Positions 1 through 13,600 of a DNA stretch of 64,000 nt are shown piece after piece. Positions within the stretch are counted from its first letter, which is position 1, and the number at the start of each line of letters is the position of its first letter. This DNA comes from Trichoplax sp. H2 (taxonomy: Eukaryota). The position numbers and the translations under genes were made by a program. Under the pieces are notes generated by a model that was not told where the DNA came from, did not search any database, and was given only the letters and a program-made list of their open reading frames with translations. The stretch is from positions 1 through 64,000 of the forward strand of contig NOWV01000260.1 in NCBI GenBank assembly GCA_003344405.1, in the 5' to 3' direction.

Positions 1-169
1 TTGCTATCGTATTCAATGGAAAATAGTTTTCATAGAGCGATAGCCTCTATCGTAGGGATGGCGTTCACCTGAGCACAATCACAGAGTGCTGTGTCATTGA
101 CACATGCCACATGGGCAGTGGAATGTTAGTAGGAGTCTGTATGGCTACGTTACTTAGTCATTCCGTCCA

Positions 170-960
170 GTCCAGTATACAGTACAGTAGTTTATTATCT
201 TATTGACGCTGTGCAACGGACGGCGGGTTGCTAGCAAGGAGTCCCTGAGTCTAGACCCTGACTGTGAGTGCCAGAGTGTGGAAGTGTGTGTGTACTGTGT
301 GTACACTGTACAGTCTGTGTACACAGTACTGTACTGTACTGTACTTGTACTGTACACTGTACACTGTACAGTTAGTATGGTTCAAGATCTTCATGGTCTG
401 GTCTGGTCCAACCGTCCAAGGTCTGCAGACCAAGGAAGATCTCCAAGTACTGTACGGCTAGAACTTAGAAAAAAGGTCATCTTCTACTACTGTACTGTAC
501 AGTAGTCCTCCAATGTTTTTGTCCTTTTTTACAGTGTACAGTACTGAACTGCACAGTACTACAGTATGTTGACTGTCCTGTACAGGTACATTGTACAGTT
601 GTACTGTACAGTACTGTACAGTCATCACTTTGCTTCCTATCCTTCAGACCTAGGTCTGGTCCGGACTGCATCGGATCCGGACTAGGTCTGTCCCGGACTC
701 ATCCAGACCATGAAGAGTTCGAAAACTGTAGAGTACAGTGCACAGTGCACAGTCTGCGTGTACTGTACACTGTGGACAGTACTGTACTGTACTGTACAGT
801 ATTGCACAGTGTACTGTACAGTGTACAGTGTACAGTACATTGCAGACTTGTTGATGAGTCGAATGATGGATGACTTGTCAAGACTTGAACTTCAATGAAT
901 GACGTCGCAAGCTGCTGCTGACTGCATGTTGACGTGTGTAGATTGACATACTGTACGTAC
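170..960. repeat. Low-complexity island of short palindromic words (TACTGTACAG/ACTGTACAGT, plus GGTCTG/CAGACC/GTCCGGAC)
   Basis: Many imperfect TACTG/TACAG/GTAC units. Perfect palindromes include CAGACCTAGGTCTG (645-658) and GGTCTGCAGACC (~420-431). The Y/C/T/V-rich ORFs here on both strands are by-products of the repeat. Confidence 0.85.
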
Positions 961-1454
961 TCGTATAGAACGTATCGTGGACAGGCGGAGGTGCAGCAAA
1001 GTTGCTAGGACTAGATCAAAAAAGTGCAAAATAGCTCCTAAATATTAACCTAGAATAGGCTTTCCTTCACAAGAATATGTAGAATAGAACCGATCAGTCA
1101 GTCAATCTTCTAGAAGTGTTAACGATTGCAAGGGAACCATTTTACCTGGTGGAAATGTCGGACATGCTGATGTCAGTCAGCAATGTTCACTAATGCAGTA
1201 CTGGTTGGGGCAAGCGGAAGATGCTGGTTAAATGGTTCGCTGCAAGTTTTAAAATTGACTGTAAAAGTAAGCCAATGAATGTAATATCCATCCAAGAAGA
1301 GCCGTAATAAGAGATCAAATCATCGAGAAGAAACTACGCACAGTAAACCGATCAACCATAACTCAATATTATTCTACACCACATCGATCACCTTCAATCG
1401 ATTCAATCTCTACTTTGCAAAATTCCCATTTAAGATTAACTCGAAAGATCGTAA

Positions 1455-4400
1455 ATGGCTTGTCATGATACAGGTGTAAAACGTATCTTATTCAAGTTAA
1501 AGACTGTCTTTGGTTATGATTCTTTCAAGTCTCCAGTTCAAGAAAAAGCTGTCATAGAGATTGCAGCCAGTAAGGGAAATAATCATCATACTATAACTAA
1601 TTGTTGAATTATGTACGTATTAGTGACAGAGGATAGAATAAATGGATGGCTCTTACTTGATTGCTAGCTAAATTGCACATGTTTCAATTGAGCAAGATTG
1701 ATTATGCGAGAGCATTCATTCATTAAATGAATGAATGCGCTCTGCGATGTCTTAACGACTAGATGGATAGACTATATGTATCCAACTTGACTAACGGAAT
1801 CAATGGAATGATAAATAAAATAGCAGCAGAGAGCATAGTAAATACAAGGCGATGCAAAGGAACCGAACATCGTAACCATACGAGTAATATGCAAAGACAG
1901 TAGTTTAATGTTAATTTAATTCAGTATAGCATGGTTGACCTTGATAGAATGGTTGCATTGACACTTTTACTGATGCTAAATTCATCTTACTGCATGTTGC
2001 TACTTAGGAAAAGCCGATGTATTTGTGTCCATGCCAACTGGTGGAGGCAAATCATTATGCTATCAGTTACCGGCGATACTCCATCCAGGAGTGACTGTTG
2101 TATTTTCGCCGTTAATAGCTTTAATTTATGATCAGATTGATCATTTACAAAATGTTGGTATTTGCTCGAAGACAATTAATTCCAAAATGGCTGAAACTGA
2201 TCGCAATGCGGTCATCAAAGATCTCCACGATCCTGAACCTACTATTAGACTGCTCTACGTTACCCCTGAATTGGCCGCTACTAGCGATTTCAAACGACTG
2301 TTGAAGCATTTATTCGACAGATCACGATTGAACTACTTTACAATTGATGAAGCGCATTGTGTTTCTCACTGGGGACATGATTTTAGGTACGATTTTTGGT
2401 CACTTTGAATTTCTACTAATGTCAACTCCTGCTGATGCCTGTAGCAATTATAGTTATCATGAACCACTGAACCTCTATTATAATTAATAAATCTATTTTT
2501 GATGCTTTTATCAAAAATATCAATTGGATAACATTAAAAAATTACCAGCGCAATAACTACTTTAATACTAGACTTGCTTGGATGTCAATCATATACTTAT
2601 GGTCTGGTTACTCTTTTTCACTAGCACATAGACAAGCCTTAACGATATGATGAATTAATCCTGAATATCTTTAATTGTTGAATGTTTGATATTTTGTAAA
2701 CACGCAAATTAACTTCCTTTTATTTTCATTTTAGACCTGACTATCGTAAGTTGGGAAATCTGAGGGAATATTTTCCCTCAGTTCCTATAATTGCCTTAAC
2801 TGCAACTGCCAACAAAACTGTGCAAGAAGATGTTATAAAATCTTTGCACTTTAGATCATCCTTTCAATCATTTAGGTCCAGTTGCTTTCGATCAAATTTG
2901 TATTATGACGTGATGTAAGTATTATAGTTATTTCGTTTATCATGTGACTATTGACGACCCTTTATACTGTACATACTCTAAGTCACTTTGCCTTTTATTA
3001 GATTTAAGGACCTACTTACCGACGCTCTAGACAATTTAAGAAATTTCGTGTTATCATCTATAAGTGGCTCCTTTGCACTTAACTCCACATCATCTCAAGG
3101 TTGTGGAATTATCTATTGTCGTACAAGGGATGACTGCGATAACATCTCTGACAAACTTGCTGGTTACGGTATTTCTTGCAAGTCTTATCATGCTGGTAAC
3201 TTGAAGTAGCTTGTCTTTGTAATAACTTTTAAAGCATGTCCTTTAATACTTTATAAACCAATCATTTTGGCTATTTGGAGCAACAATTCAATGTTATTAA
3301 CTTTTGTTTGCATTATTGACAAACATGGCATTTAGGATTAAGTGGTAAGATTCGAGAGCAGATACAACGAGAATGGATGGATGGTATTGTTAAAGTTATT
3401 GTGGCTACGATTAGCTTTGGAATGGGAGTCGATAAGGCATCTGTAAGGTATCATATCTACATATGCATTTCTCTAGTCGTAGCTGTTTCTTAATTTGTAT
3501 AGCTGGTTAATGATTTTAATTTAAAGTTAAAATTTCCAACATCATTCCAAATTTTCCCTTGTTACCGCATAATCTACTGCATTGTATTAGATTTGTAGTC
3601 CACTGGTGCCTCCCGAAGTCAATGGAGTCTTACTATCAAGAATCTGGACGTGCTGGACGTGATGGCAAGTTAGCATTTTGTCGTTTATATTATTCCCGAG
3701 AAGAAAGAAATGTTGTTCAATATTTACTGAAGAAAGAAGTAAAACGTCAGAGTTTGGTAATTACATGCCATACGTAATCTCCGACTTGGAGATTTAGCTG
3801 CAGGCTAATAAAAGTACAACAACTATTTAATATACATAATTGAAATATCGTTTTATTAAGAATCGTGAGCAATCTAGCCAAAAAAGCTTCGATTACCTTG
3901 TCAATTATTGTCAAGAAGCAAGGTAGATGTTCATTTTTGTGTAAGAATTTATTGCTCGTAAAATGCTTATGAAAGGCTGCAAAAAACCTAAAATGCTCGT
4001 CTCCATACATGAAATAACAGGTTTGCGATGCTATGTTGTTATCTGTAGGTGTAGACATGCGGTAATAGCAAGATATTTTAATGAGACCGATCCTTCGGTA
4101 AGTGTTACAAAAAATTTCCTTTTTGGGTTGCTAATTTGATTAAGATTTTCTTCAATCCGTTACTTGACCGCCAATGTACTGTATGATGCGATTCTTGTCT
4201 AACTTGCTTTTTTAAAGTGTGTTAGTTCGTGTGATTATTGTAAAAAGCCTAAGGAGGTAAAAGAGAACTGCAGTCTATTCGATTTATCTAGCCTACCGAA
4301 GAGAAAGAATTCTAAAAGATTGCGACGCCTTCTTCAAATCAATGGAGAAATTTTTGATGAGGACTTAGATAAGGAATATTCAGAAAAAAGGTTTCAAATG

Positions 4401-6583
4401 CTGTTTGTTAATACCATAGATAACTCATTCGATTTGATTGACCGTTTTGAATAACATTCGAATAGATTTCGCTATGGTGAAATTGATAGTGAGGGTTATA
4501 AGCAATCCACTCAAGATGATAATATAGCATCCTTTATCAAGACAGAATTTGATAAAAGGCGAAAGGTAAACAGACTTTGTAGTAAAGTCGTTAGATACTT
4601 TCGTGATTTTTAATGTTGTTGATTAATTATTCTCTTGGCTTATAAGGGAACACAACGAAATAAGCCTCTTTGTGATACCATTCAGCCCGGTACGTCGATA
4701 ATGATATGCATTTTCAAATCTATATTAGGTGCAATGTGTATTACATAATGTATACAGCACAGCAATCTAATCAACCGTAATTTTTATTACATTCTGACAT
4801 CTTAAGACTGTAGATTGATAGATGCTAGTGGCACAAGTAGAATTCGTTCTCTTCCAGTAAAGGTAGCCCAAGTTCTGTTGTAGAAGCTTACATTATGCAA
4901 TCCATTATGAATGATCACTACTTTAACTTTACGTAAATGCGATCGTAGGTTAGGGAGCACTGTTTAAAATCAATTGAAGATACCTTAAAAGCCAATTTTA
5001 CCAAATGTGGAAGCAATAAACAAGCAAGGTGCATTACTTTTGAGTGTAGAAGTGGCCTTGACAGTTAATAATATGCAGCCGGTAGTACTTTATCAGTGCG
5101 GATCGTGCAATAAATTGTATTATATTTATGATTCTAATAGTGAAGAGGCTATTAAGTTAGAGTATGAAATCTTCAGCAGTAATCGGTTGGGCAACATATA
5201 TCGTGTTAAGATTAGGAAATTGGTAAGGAATATTCGCTAGTATTCTACAGAGCTCAGGCTTTACAACATGTTGACATTGATTACCTGTCAATCTAAAGAT
5301 GGTAATTTCAGAGCTTTATGCTGTCATCATTTCAGGTTCAAAATATTAGTTCGGCCACCTTGGCAGGGAATACTTATAGTGAAATTGTACGTCTCACTTA
5401 TTGAATATGGAGTATGATAGTCGTTTAAACTTCGTAATTAGACTGTATTCCATTAATAGTGGAGATTTATTGTTGCAGGATTCAAACCGTACGAAAAACG
5501 AACTAACAACAGTGAATGGTAGCGTAGGAAGCGATTTATCAATTGGAGTTAAGCCTAATATCAATTGCAGTGTACGAATGCTTAAAATTTTAGTATTTAT
5601 AAGTTCTATAATAAATATGTACAGTTTAAATCATTAAACGATATTAAGTTGCTGTTATCTAATTTGACACAGCATGATGAGATAGTTGCGGAAAGTAGCG
5701 AAATGAAGATGATTAAACCAGAAATCGATGTGTATGGGTTTCAATTCCCCAATTTTTTGGTCTATCGAAATATTTAAGTGTGGCATTGCTATAATTACTG
5801 TATCTTATATAATTTTCTAGGCAAGCTTCAGTTTCTAGCGCTACTATGCAAACCTCAACTGAATTTCAATATACAGCTTCTCTTAACCAAAATGTCACTG
5901 ACGATCGATTAGTATCTATAGCAGTTATAAAACAGGAACCTGAGAGTGCTGACGAAGAGGCAGAAGATAAGAAAGAGGTTAATGAAAGAATAGCAACGGA
6001 CGAAGCCTCATCTATCAAGTCAGATTTAATAGCCCAGACTTCATTGCTTGATGAGTCTCAGCAAAATGTACGAGTAATACGTGAAATGGAATGTCGAAAA
6101 GAATGTGACAAGGCTGCTCGACAGCAAGTTGCAAAAACAGTAGTAAAGTTATTAACGCCCTACTATAGAAGTGGCAGAATATCTAGTAAGGTACGAAATT
6201 GTTGCACTGTTGGACATTTAAAAATTGCTGCTATGACTGAAGTAACTTGAGGATGATTTTTTTTAGGACTTGTTCAAAGTATTTGCTCGACAAATGACAC
6301 ATGCCTTACTTATCAATGACATTATTCCTAGAAATATAAATTGTAAGTTCATATCTCGGTCACTTTTACGTAGTATGATACATTACTATGTTATATTTAA
6401 ACACGATTGAGTGTGAGATGGCATTGCGTAGATATTAAGTAATAAATTACTTGTGCGTCGATTTTAGTTGATGAAGCCCTACGTGGTATTGTGCGAAAAT
6501 TTTTCGGTAAATATAGTATTACTCAATTGGAGAATATTGACGAAAAGTTGGCGGATGTCATTCCTAAGAAGTCTAAAAGTTGA
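1455..6583 (+). CDS. RECQL5: ATP-dependent DNA helicase RecQ5 (about 20 exons)
   Basis: Exon 1 (1455-1569) gives [16 protein letters not shown]. Later exons give motif [55 protein letters not shown], the Zn site CRH...CVSSCDYC, the IRI/KIX-like DCRLIDAS...[11 protein letters not shown] and the C-terminal SRI domain [33 protein letters not shown] exon phases join. Stop TGA at 6581-6583. Confidence 0.95.
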
Positions 6584-7027
6584 ATGATTTAATTGATTAA
6601 TTATATGTTCTACTTGAGATAATTGCTTTACTGCAACGGCAGTAAAAGTGCTTTTCAAATGAAATATTATACTTACTGTTGAAATCTGATCTATCGAATC
6701 TACAATTTGAACTATTGCCCACAGTACTTGATTTTAGCAAGTACGTAATTGTTTAAAAAATTGCTAAAAATGTATCAAACTAAGTTATAGCTGCTTATAC
6801 ACATTATATCAGTCAGTTATCTTATCTAACATTACGAGTAGTGTTTAATTCTTGACCTGGTGATCGACTACTCGTTATAATAAAATAAATTGGGATATAA
6901 GTATTGCTATCAAATTCTTTCAGGCATGAGATTTCGGGGCGAGTAATATTTATATTGGATTATCGATAGGGCTCTACTGTCTTTTCGTAATATGTTCGAG
7001 ATGATACTAGGCAACATATACCATTCT

Positions 7028-7211
7028 GTAGAAGATATTACTGCGTATAACATTATTTATTTCCGGACCATAGAAATATAAGGATATTTAAAAACTATGA
7101 TTTTTTAAGATACAAATTCATTATATAGAAGATATTACAACGTATCAGACTTTTTTCCGGACAATAGAAATCTAAGGTATACTTAAAAGCTGCGATCTTT
7201 TAAGATACAAA
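7028..7211. repeat. Diverged ~98-bp tandem duplication between the RECQL5 and FAM162 3' ends
   Basis: TAGAAGATATTAC...TTCCGGAC.ATAGAAAT.TAAGG...TTTAAGATACAAAT occurs twice, starting at ~7028 and ~7126. Confidence 0.8.
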
Positions 7212-7373
7212 TAAAATAATAGAGAAGACTTGTAATACAGAAGCACATAGCTGTTACTCGGGCTTCTTACTATGCTTTATCGACTTTGTCGAAAATGTCT
7301 ACATGCAGTGAAACTCGACAATCTAATGAGCAACTCCGCAATGTAAAGAAAAGTGGTTAAAGTTTATTGCTCT

Positions 7374-9187
7374 TTAGCTTTGGCCTCCCTTTGTCTCACT
7401 CTCTCGTATCTTTCTTTATTTCGGTCTTGTAACGTATAGCCACCACTTTTAGAATTTCTCAATCTTTTACCGCTAATGATAGCAATTATAGAACCAGCGA
7501 TAGTAAATACGAACAAGCCAACATTCATTAAGATTCTTCTTTTGTCCTGTGCTTTTTCTACGACAGCTTTGCTATTTTAAACAAGAAACGTTAACGTACC
7601 CACATTAGATATTTTACCTCCTCTATATACAACTATCCAATAGGGCTTTTGCATACGGTAAACTAAAAACGTCTTACCGTATAACACAATATTATATAAC
7701 TTGCAACTTACCTAGCTTCAAGGGGTATTTCATGCGCCTTCATTGTTCTTGTAACAATCAATGCAAAACGATCCATTTTAGTTAGGGTTCTTAAAGGTAT
7801 CTTGACAGATTCAACATTGCCTAGGAAGATGACAACAATACTGTATGTCAATGTTAGCATTTGGTTAGCATGTAATTCTTGGGGGTAAGGTAACTGCAAG
7901 ACTTTCCCAACTGTTACGTTTTAAGACACTGTATTCAAAAATTGTGCAATAAGGAACGTTGGATTCCAAATTTAGAGTGCTCTATTTTTTAAGGTGATAG
8001 CATACTATAAAATTGAGCCGTTATTACTCTGTATCATGTATTCGAGTTGGAAACGCTGATCAAGTATTGCACATTTTATTGGGTCTGGGCAAATAACGTA
8101 GTGAGTGATTTTAGATAGTATAAACTGTTCATAGCAGGCCGAATGAAGTTGAAAATACGTCTGTCAGTCATAGAACATTTCAAGGATTAATTTGTTCCAA
8201 TACCGGAGCATGTTAGAGGTATCAAGAGTACTTGACACCGGCTAATAATTTGTATCAAATCGGTCGAATCCATCGATTATTAAAAGTTTCGTAGGCTATA
8301 TAAATCATGATTGATGTTATTGATGTTCATTCAACTTGGAATGAATGATTCATTTATCTGTACATCCTGTATGGGATAAAATAATTTGATTCGTAGATGT
8401 AATCTATTTGAAGGTGGATAAAACATAAGAAATTGGTAACAACTTCTATCGGTTGTATTTTGCCTGCAGAACTGTTTCAATATCTCGATTAAGCAAGATT
8501 TCTATCTGAATAAGGTTAGCCACGACAAAGTAGCCTTAAGCGTAAAATCCTCCTTTCTTCGTATTACAGTACAAGTATAACATTTTGCAAGTTCAGCATC
8601 GACGTGAACTTATATAGACGAATATACAGTAACAGATATTTGCTGGTAAGCTAACGGAATCTTAATCGAGCCTACGTTATGATATAGACGCTTAGGAGCT
8701 AGCCTACGCGTATGCGTGCTGGTAAACTAATCATACGTTTATCCTAAGTGCTCATTTTCAGTGCTATAGTAGACTATCGTCATGGCTGTACTTTACTGTA
8801 CAGTATTGAGTCCGAATGGCCTTTTTATCCATTTTCTAAACCGATTATGTCTTGCAGAATGGCTTTTTCTATGCAGGGACTATCGAAAATTCTTTTGATT
8901 TTTCTTCTTAGTCCTTATTCTATGGTAGTGAATCAGGCGGATTAACACTCGTCCATTTTGTTGTTATGCAGCACTCTGTTATACGGTGTTTTCCGTGTGA
9001 TGACGGTATTTGTTATTGATATTTCGCCCCAAAATAATCATCGAATGCTAAACTTACCTGCAACATTGGCAGCCGATTGTGTGACTTGACTAGTATCAAT
9101 AGCTGGTTTTCCTTGGCAATACATTCGAAAGCATAATCTGGCCAAATTCAATCTTTGACCAGATGGACCGCAACGGATTCTCATCAT
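7374..9187 (-). CDS. FAM162: FAM162/UPF0389-family small mitochondrial membrane protein (3 exons: 9187-9058, 7820-7712, 7571-7374)
   Basis: Spliced product MMRIRCGPSGQRLNLARLCFRMYC (Arg-rich, presequence-like)...LTKMDRFALIVTRTMKAHEIPLEASKAVVEKAQDKRRILMNVGLFVFTIAGSIIAIISGK...QDRNKERYERVRQREAKS*. It follows the remembered FAM162A layout (EIPETVS...KNKMRVKISYLMIALTVVGCIFMVIEGKK). Splice phases are compatible. Confidence 0.8.
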
Positions 9188-9658
9188 TTTTCTTCAAGGC
9201 AATCCTACTCCCCAAATTTCAACAAGACGTAATTAGAAATTGGCATTTTTAGTCCTTTCACAAGCACAGCAATACATGATAATAACTCTTCAACATCGGT
9301 ACTGACGATAGAATTCTAATCAGATACCTAATGATAGAATAATCGAGTTCAAATAGGGCCAAATAAAGCTTTAATGATGGAGTTGTTTTCAAGAAATTCT
9401 TTCCAATCTAGTTTCAAGCTGTTCAACAAGGCCTCTGCGCCTACTTGTACTCTATGTCTGACTGCAATCAGTTGTCTGGCTACAGTCTGCAGCTGCTGTT
9501 TACGTTACGGATGGAAGCCGTCGTGCACCAGCCAAGCAATTGCATCATCACAAGTCTGATGCTGCAAGGATTGACAACATCATGTTTTGCCTACCGATGG
9601 TATATTAAATTGGTCATGTTTGAGTAGGCATACTATTAGTATGCAGCTAAGGGATCCA

Positions 9659-10191
9659 GTTTTGCATATGGCCCCAAAATATGAAGTTACTGCTTCTTCA
9701 ATATAGTTACCAGTACAACAGGATAGAATTAGCTGCAATTCCTTTACGATACGATATCTATCCAAGAATTTAGTTTGTAAATAGGCTGGAAAAAGTTTGC
9801 ATAGCCTAGTCATCACTCACTCACCAGGCTGCATTTCTTAAGGGGGTCAAATATAAAGTTACTGCTTCTTCAATATAGTTACTATTACATCAGGATAGAA
9901 TTAGCTGCAGTTTCTTTACGATACGATATCTATCCAAGAATTTAGTTTGTAAATAGGCTGGAAAAAGTTTCCATAGCCTAGTCACCACTCACTCACCAGG
10001 CTGCATTTCTTAAGGGCGTCAAGTTTTGCATATGGCCCCGAAATATAAAGTCACTGCTTCTTTAATATAGTTACTATTACATCAGGATAGAATTGGCCGC
10101 AGTTTCTTTACGATACGATATCCATCCAAGAATTTAGTTTGTGAAAAGGCTGGAAAAAGTTTCCATAGGTCTAGTCACCAGGCTGCATTTC
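9659..10191. repeat. Tandem repeat, 3 copies of a ~170-190 bp unit, between divergent FAM162 and WDCP
   Basis: Unit AAAT(A/G)TAAAGTTACTGCTTCTTCAATATAGTTAC...CAGGATAGAATT...ATCCAAGAATTTAGTTTGT...CACCAGGCTGCATTTCT recurs at ~9660, ~9850 and ~10022. Confidence 0.93.
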
Positions 10192-10658
10192 TGACAAGGA
10201 GTTCATCGATAGTGGACACTGTACAACTACTGAAATAGGACTAATTGCCATAGTAAGTTGTCTTGTTGGCTTGATAGTTTATACAATCCTATTCGCCTAC
10301 CAACTGCTACTTCATAACAGCGCTATAGACTGCTGCAGCAGGATAAGGCCATTGCAATCAACTCAATCTTTGTTGGCCTGGAGAGGAATCAGCTCGTCCA
10401 TCAACATGTCTGCACAGCTGCTATGGACAACTTGAAGGTTGTGCAGTAGATAGAGGAGAATAGACTAATGCCTTCTATCGTTTCAAGAGCTACAGTACTA
10501 CCTATCAAAGGTGATTCTACACTGTCAACTAGATTAATATCAAGAGTGCCCAAGGGCCGCGTTGAAAATTAACGCCATCAACTTGACTCTCTATCTGTAA
10601 ATTGCTCGCGTAAGAGATTGTATAACTAGCTGCAAATCTACCCTATCAATAAACTTCC

Positions 10659-13600
10659 ATGATTACCATGGATTCAATGGACAATTGCATCGATTTAGGC
10701 CAAGCTCAGCTCCGTCGTGTCAATGTCAATTACCTAAGACAAGGTGAGATCCAAATGTTTCCAATACACGAATCTCACATATTCTGCAAATTCTGTACGG
10801 TTCTGCAAATGATGATGATTGTGCACAGTGCAGGTTTACCTACAAGTAGAATCGTAACAGTAGCTATAGTAAGAAATTGGTTTGGTGAAAGGACTGCTTG
10901 TAGTCATTGAAATCAAAGTAATATTGCTTGTAACAGAGCTTCTTAACGCTGTTATAGACAGTAGCTACCTGCGTATTGAGTAAAGACATGACAAACTTTC
11001 TATATTATGGTATCTAGTTTAGCATAAAGCTGCTATATTGGTACAGAGATTTTGCAATATATGTAATTATAATTGCTACTTAGAACGTATTCAAACGGTA
11101 ATCAAAATTGCAAATGCACTGTAAGCATTAATATAATCAGCCCTTACAATACAGTAATTTATATTTACAAACATCAAATGACTGAGAATTGATCTTAAAC
11201 TATCATGGCGTATAGAAATGATTGTACAAGGATAGAATATTGGATGTGTTTTATTATTTGATATAATGTGTGTTAAGATTATTGTGCCTATGAAATACAG
11301 TATTTCACTCATTTACAAAGATTAACTTAGCATGCAAATGTATATTTTACCAATTATAATTACCATGATAGCTTATAGCAATCGATGCGGCGTAGTCTGG
11401 TTTGATGGTGAATGCCTTTGGCATATGCAAATTCGTCTTCAGAATCATCAGCTACAAGGTGATCGTACTGCTGCTGTTAATCTGGGACAGTTCAGGTATG
11501 CATACATGCATAACTTCTGCGCTTTATTAAAAATACCGATCAGTTCGTAGTCTCATCATCTACCGTAGAATCTTGTAATCACAATTCGCGCCATGAATGC
11601 CCCACTTAGCTATTATAATGGTCAATAGGCGTCATGTTATTAAGTATACTCGTATCTAAAAATATCGAATCATATTTTATTAAGAGATGTCTCAAGTATA
11701 GCGTGGAGTAGACATCCGGATGGTATATTAGCCGTGACTCACGAAAGTAAAATATCCATCTTCCAATTCAGTGAAAGGTTAGACTTATTTTTATACGCTT
11801 AATCGATGAATAAATTATTATTGGGACACTTTGATCTCAAGGTATCTATCTATGTTACACCAAGCTATTTTTTTATTGTCATATTTTTTACCTTGTATTA
11901 GTGACAACGCAAGAGTGGAAAAATTAATACACGTTTTAACCACTGATATCTGTAGTGGTACCTCTGTCAGTATCAAAGGTATTTCTTGTATTACAATGTT
12001 GCAGCTAAATCAGTATTATAAACCGTTTAGCTTAAGATGGTTACTAATTTAGTTTCTGTCGTTGTTCAAGGTTGCTTTTGGCATCCTAGCTTGCCTATTA
12101 TTACGTTTGTTTCATCTAGGATGGTTGACTTATATAACTATTCGCTTGCCGATCATTCTTATAAATTAGAGTGCCATATTAATCTACCAAATAAAATCAA
12201 GTAAGGTCACTATATTAAATTAAATGGAACTCAGAAAAATATTAACAATAATAATCAAGGAAAAGTTACGTTATTGCGAATTGTAAATCAACTGCTTTAA
12301 ATTCCTTCCACAACAGCTCGCTTTCTAAAATTACATGGCTGGCTAGTGGACTGGCTTTAATTTGTGCAATCGGCGATACGCTAGTATTATTCCGTTGGTC
12401 TAATTTACCCAATCATGCTATGAAAGAATATATAAAAGAAACAAGAAAACTCGAAAAGTAAGATGAAACTTGCAGGCTTTATGATACTTTAATACAAATA
12501 TTAGTAATTTTTGGACCTTTTATGACTTTGCTTTTATTGACTATCAATTGTTTATGTTGCATTTTTCAGTCTCAGTGGCAATATTCGATGTATCTTACCT
12601 GTAATTGATGATCATCATTTCATTGTATCTGCTGAATTACCATTGGAGAAATTATGCATGTTGTCCCAATCGGATTATTTCGATGAAGAGATGGCATGTT
12701 CAAGTTCTTCTACTTTACGGGAAGAAAATAATTCGCAATCTGACATGATCGACTTAACCCATTTGCGTTCTGTTGGTAACAATAGTCAAGCTAATCCATT
12801 ATTATTCTTGAAACGAAAACAACAGGCTAGTACTTGATGCTAGACATCACTTGCACTCGTTTTGTTACCTGTTCACCTTACAGTTGGTAAAAGTTAATTC
12901 TAGTGTAAACAGTATGATTCTATTGAAATATTAGGATGGCCTTCCTAAGAAAGCGTGTGCTCAGATATCGCTATTATCAATTCATGGCGATTCATGCGAT
13001 CAAATTAGCAGTATCGATGTTTTGGGATTTATTACCCCTGATATACTCGATTATAATGTAGGTATATCAACTTATATTCAGTTACACAACAAAATGTGTA
13101 GTCAATATATGGAATTAAAAACACGTAATTTCGACAAATTTCTTATTTATAGGACACTTCTAAATCGATCATTCTGTCCAGTAATTCCACCAACTTGCTG
13201 CACATTTTTGCCATAGTAAAAGAAAACAATTCCTATGCCATTGCTAAGCGTAGCACTATGGTAATGTTCATAGTTTCGTTTATGTATACAGTACTGTACT
13301 AGCTAAGGTGAAATTTATTTGAAGTTTGCAATATTTTATAAATACGGCATTTGGTTTGATCTAAGGAACTTCTAAGTGATTCAAGAGCGAAAGGAATTTG
13401 TTTTATAAGGGAGAATATCGGTTTATTATTAATTGGACAATTAGAAAAGGATTTCCTAACCGATTTTATGTCGTTGAAAACGATTGTAAAGTATGATCTC
13501 AAGTTAAAGACTGTACAGTTAAATAATGGTAAGTCATCATATTGACTGCTTGGTATAGCTATAGTATAGCCTCCCTATGGGTATACATTCTGTTCTTTAA

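Noticed and set aside
1..160. Possible first exon of a minus-strand gene (CAG|GTGAAC donor near 68)
   Set aside because: Truncated by the window edge, with no recognisable peptide.
154..898. Overlapping 60-100 aa ORFs rich in Y/C/T/V/S on both strands
   Set aside because: Translation artefacts of the stop-poor palindromic TACTGTACAG repeat. The same applies to the ORFs at 27396-27967.
9374..9816. Short ORFs in the FAM162/WDCP intergenic region
   Set aside because: No recognisable motif or consistent splice structure, and one overlaps the tandem repeat.
9659..10191. Repeat arrays (also 48530-49175) as CRISPR arrays or MITEs
   Set aside because: Units are 170-220 bp with no unique spacers, cas genes, terminal inverted repeats or target-site duplications, and the context is eukaryotic.
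10662..10675. ATTACCATGGATTC as a second X-box
   Set aside because: It lacks the essential RAC 3' half-site and overlaps the WDCP start codons.
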